Below are positions 62,955-64,000 of a stretch of DNA of 64,000 nt, piece after piece; within the stretch, counting starts at the first letter, position 1; each line of letters begins with the position of its first letter. Under the pieces are notes generated by a model that was not told where the DNA came from, made no database searches, and saw nothing but the letters and a program-made list of their open reading frames with translations. The DNA lies in the NCBI GenBank assembly GCA_039931975.1, contig JBDTQW010000002.1, forward strand, positions 3,452 to 67,451. The letters are read 5' to 3'. Position numbers and translations under genes: made by a program. The DNA is from Chloroflexota bacterium (GTDB lineage Bacteria; Chloroflexota; Limnocylindria; Limnocylindrales; CSP1-4).

Positions 62955-63926
62955 CCGACGCGAGGCTTCGAGCTCCCGAGTCATTGCGCCTGCGGCCTCG
63001 GATCGGACCCAAACGACCGGGACGATCGCGGCCATCATCGCCAGCGCGTCGAGCCACAGCGTCGGCGACGCTACGACGATGGCCACGATCAGGAGCGGCT
63101 CGCCGATCCGCGGCGTCAGCCGGCCTGCGATGACCGTCAGCACGAGGCCCGCCACCGCGCGTACTAGGTAGGGGATCGGAACCAGACCCGAGACGTCGCC
63201 CGGGCCACGCCCACGCATGGCGTCCACGAAGGCGGCCCACGCGCCGGGGTCGACGATGCCGCTGAGCGCGACGATGGCCAGCCCCAGCGCCACCGCGATC
63301 ATCGCGTCGCGCCACCTGCCTCGGACCAAGAGATACACGATCCCAAGGCCCGGTGCGAGCTTGACGATCGCACCGATCGCGAACATCCACGGCCAGCGCA
63401 GGATGGCCAGGGCGACGATCACGGCCAGGACCAAGTGGACGTTGCGAAACCAGAGCTCGACCGCCACGGGCACGAACGCGACCAGCGCCAGGGCGACGAG
63501 CGGACGACCGCGTCCGAGCCATAGCAGGCAGGCGAGGAGAAGGCCGGTCCACGCCCAGCTGAACTGCGTCGAGGACAGGAGGGCCGAGACTGGAGCCACG
63601 ACCTGGGCGAGCGGCGGCGGATACCAGTAGGCGTACGGGGTCACGGCCGTGGCGGTCGGGTCGTAGAGCGGCGCACCGCCGAGCAGCCGCTGGCCGGCCA
63701 GCCAGTAGGCATGCTCGTCTTGTGGGCTGGCCCAGCGGTTCACTGCAACCACCAGGAGCAGGCATCCGCCGACAGCCGCGAGGACCAGGAGAGCGGGCGC
63801 AGGGAGGCGCAGCCCGCGGACCGCGATCGGCTTCGTGAGGGTGCTCCGGACGGCTTGCGCCGCCGTGCCCAACCTACAGCCTCGTCGAGGCCCAGTACCG
63901 CTCGGCGAAGCCGGGAACCCCGCCAA
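62904..63926 (-). CDS. DUF2029/GT87-like glycosyltransferase
   Basis: QDEHAYWLAGQRLLGGAPLYD...YAYWYPPPLAQVVAPV and ...IGAIVKLAPGLGIVYLL. The track start is a TTG at 63926. An in-frame TTG at 63872, 2 nt after the upstream stop, is equally plausible. Confidence 0.65.
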   Translation of the reverse strand: MAGFPASPSGTGPRRGCRLGTAAQAVRSTLTKPIAVRGLRLPAPALLVLAAVGGCLLLVVAVNRWASPQDEHAYWLAGQRLLGGAPLYDPTATAVTPYAYWYPPPLAQVVAPVSALLSSTQFSWAWTGLLLACLLWLGRGRPLVALALVAFVPVAVELWFRNVHLVLAVIVALAILRWPWMFAIGAIVKLAPGLGIVYLLVRGRWRDAMIAVALGLAIVALSGIVDPGAWAAFVDAMRGRGPGDVSGLVPIPYLVRAVAGLVLTVIAGRLTPRIGEPLLIVAIVVASPTLWLDALAMMAAIVPVVWVRSEAAGAMTRELEASRRSGPDPDEDNAVRVVAR

Positions 63927-64000
63927 GGCTAGCCACCGATCGGCCGAACGAGCGGACGGTCTGGGCCATCGGCCCGACGCCGCCGAACAGGCGGTCGAGC
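63875..64000 (-). CDS. 3' end of an unidentified CDS running in from beyond the window
   Basis: An open minus-strand frame runs from the window edge: LDRLFGGVGPMAQTVRSFGRSVASLGGVPGFAERYWASTRL*. It is too short to assign. The call rests only on the open frame and co-orientation. Confidence 0.3.

Overview
The window is a visibly high-GC bacterial chromosome segment. GC content was not computed and no homology search was run. All calls rest on reading the six-frame translations and the DNA by eye.

The gene order rpmE-prfA-prmC-sua5-glyA-wecA-atpI/Z-atpBEFHAGDC-murA matches the block I know from Actinomycetota (M. tuberculosis Rv1298-Rv1315 region). The source is therefore most likely an actinobacterium, probably a deep-branching one, that retains MreB/MreD/PBP2/RodA.

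Content, left to right:
- A parA-parB-gyrB unit, preceded by a duplicated parS centromere.
- mreD-mrdA-rodA.
- A J-domain protein and an AI-2E/PerM-type permease.
- rplU-rpmA, rpmE, DUF1385, prfA, prmC, a Cof-type HAD, tsaC/sua5, glyA and wecA.
- A proline-rich PKD membrane protein.
- The complete F1Fo ATP synthase operon, then murA, mreB and a PHP phosphoesterase with a UPF0104 membrane protein.
- An XRE regulator.
- An nfo-GT39 pair, DUF2087, hpf and comFC.
- A monoderm-type Tad/Flp pilus locus on the minus strand: three flp genes, cpaB, REC-cpaE, tadA, tadB, tadC and DUF192. Upstream of it lies a soluble HK-RR-HK module.
- A roughly 17 kb island made almost entirely of polytopic GT-C-type glycosyltransferases, plus a polyprenol-phosphate-sugar synthase.

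Genes are packed tightly, with many GTGA/ATGA/TGATG start-stop overlaps. I found no rRNA, tRNA, CRISPR array or mobile element.

The candidates most worth follow-up are:
- the clustered GT-C glycosylation island;
- the HK/pseudo-HK/LuxR trio, which is physically coupled to both the glycosyltransferases and the flp genes;
- the canonical receiver domain fused to CpaE;
- the repeat and hairpin architecture around the flp genes.

Many long ORFs in the supplied track lie antisense to real genes and are high-GC artefacts.
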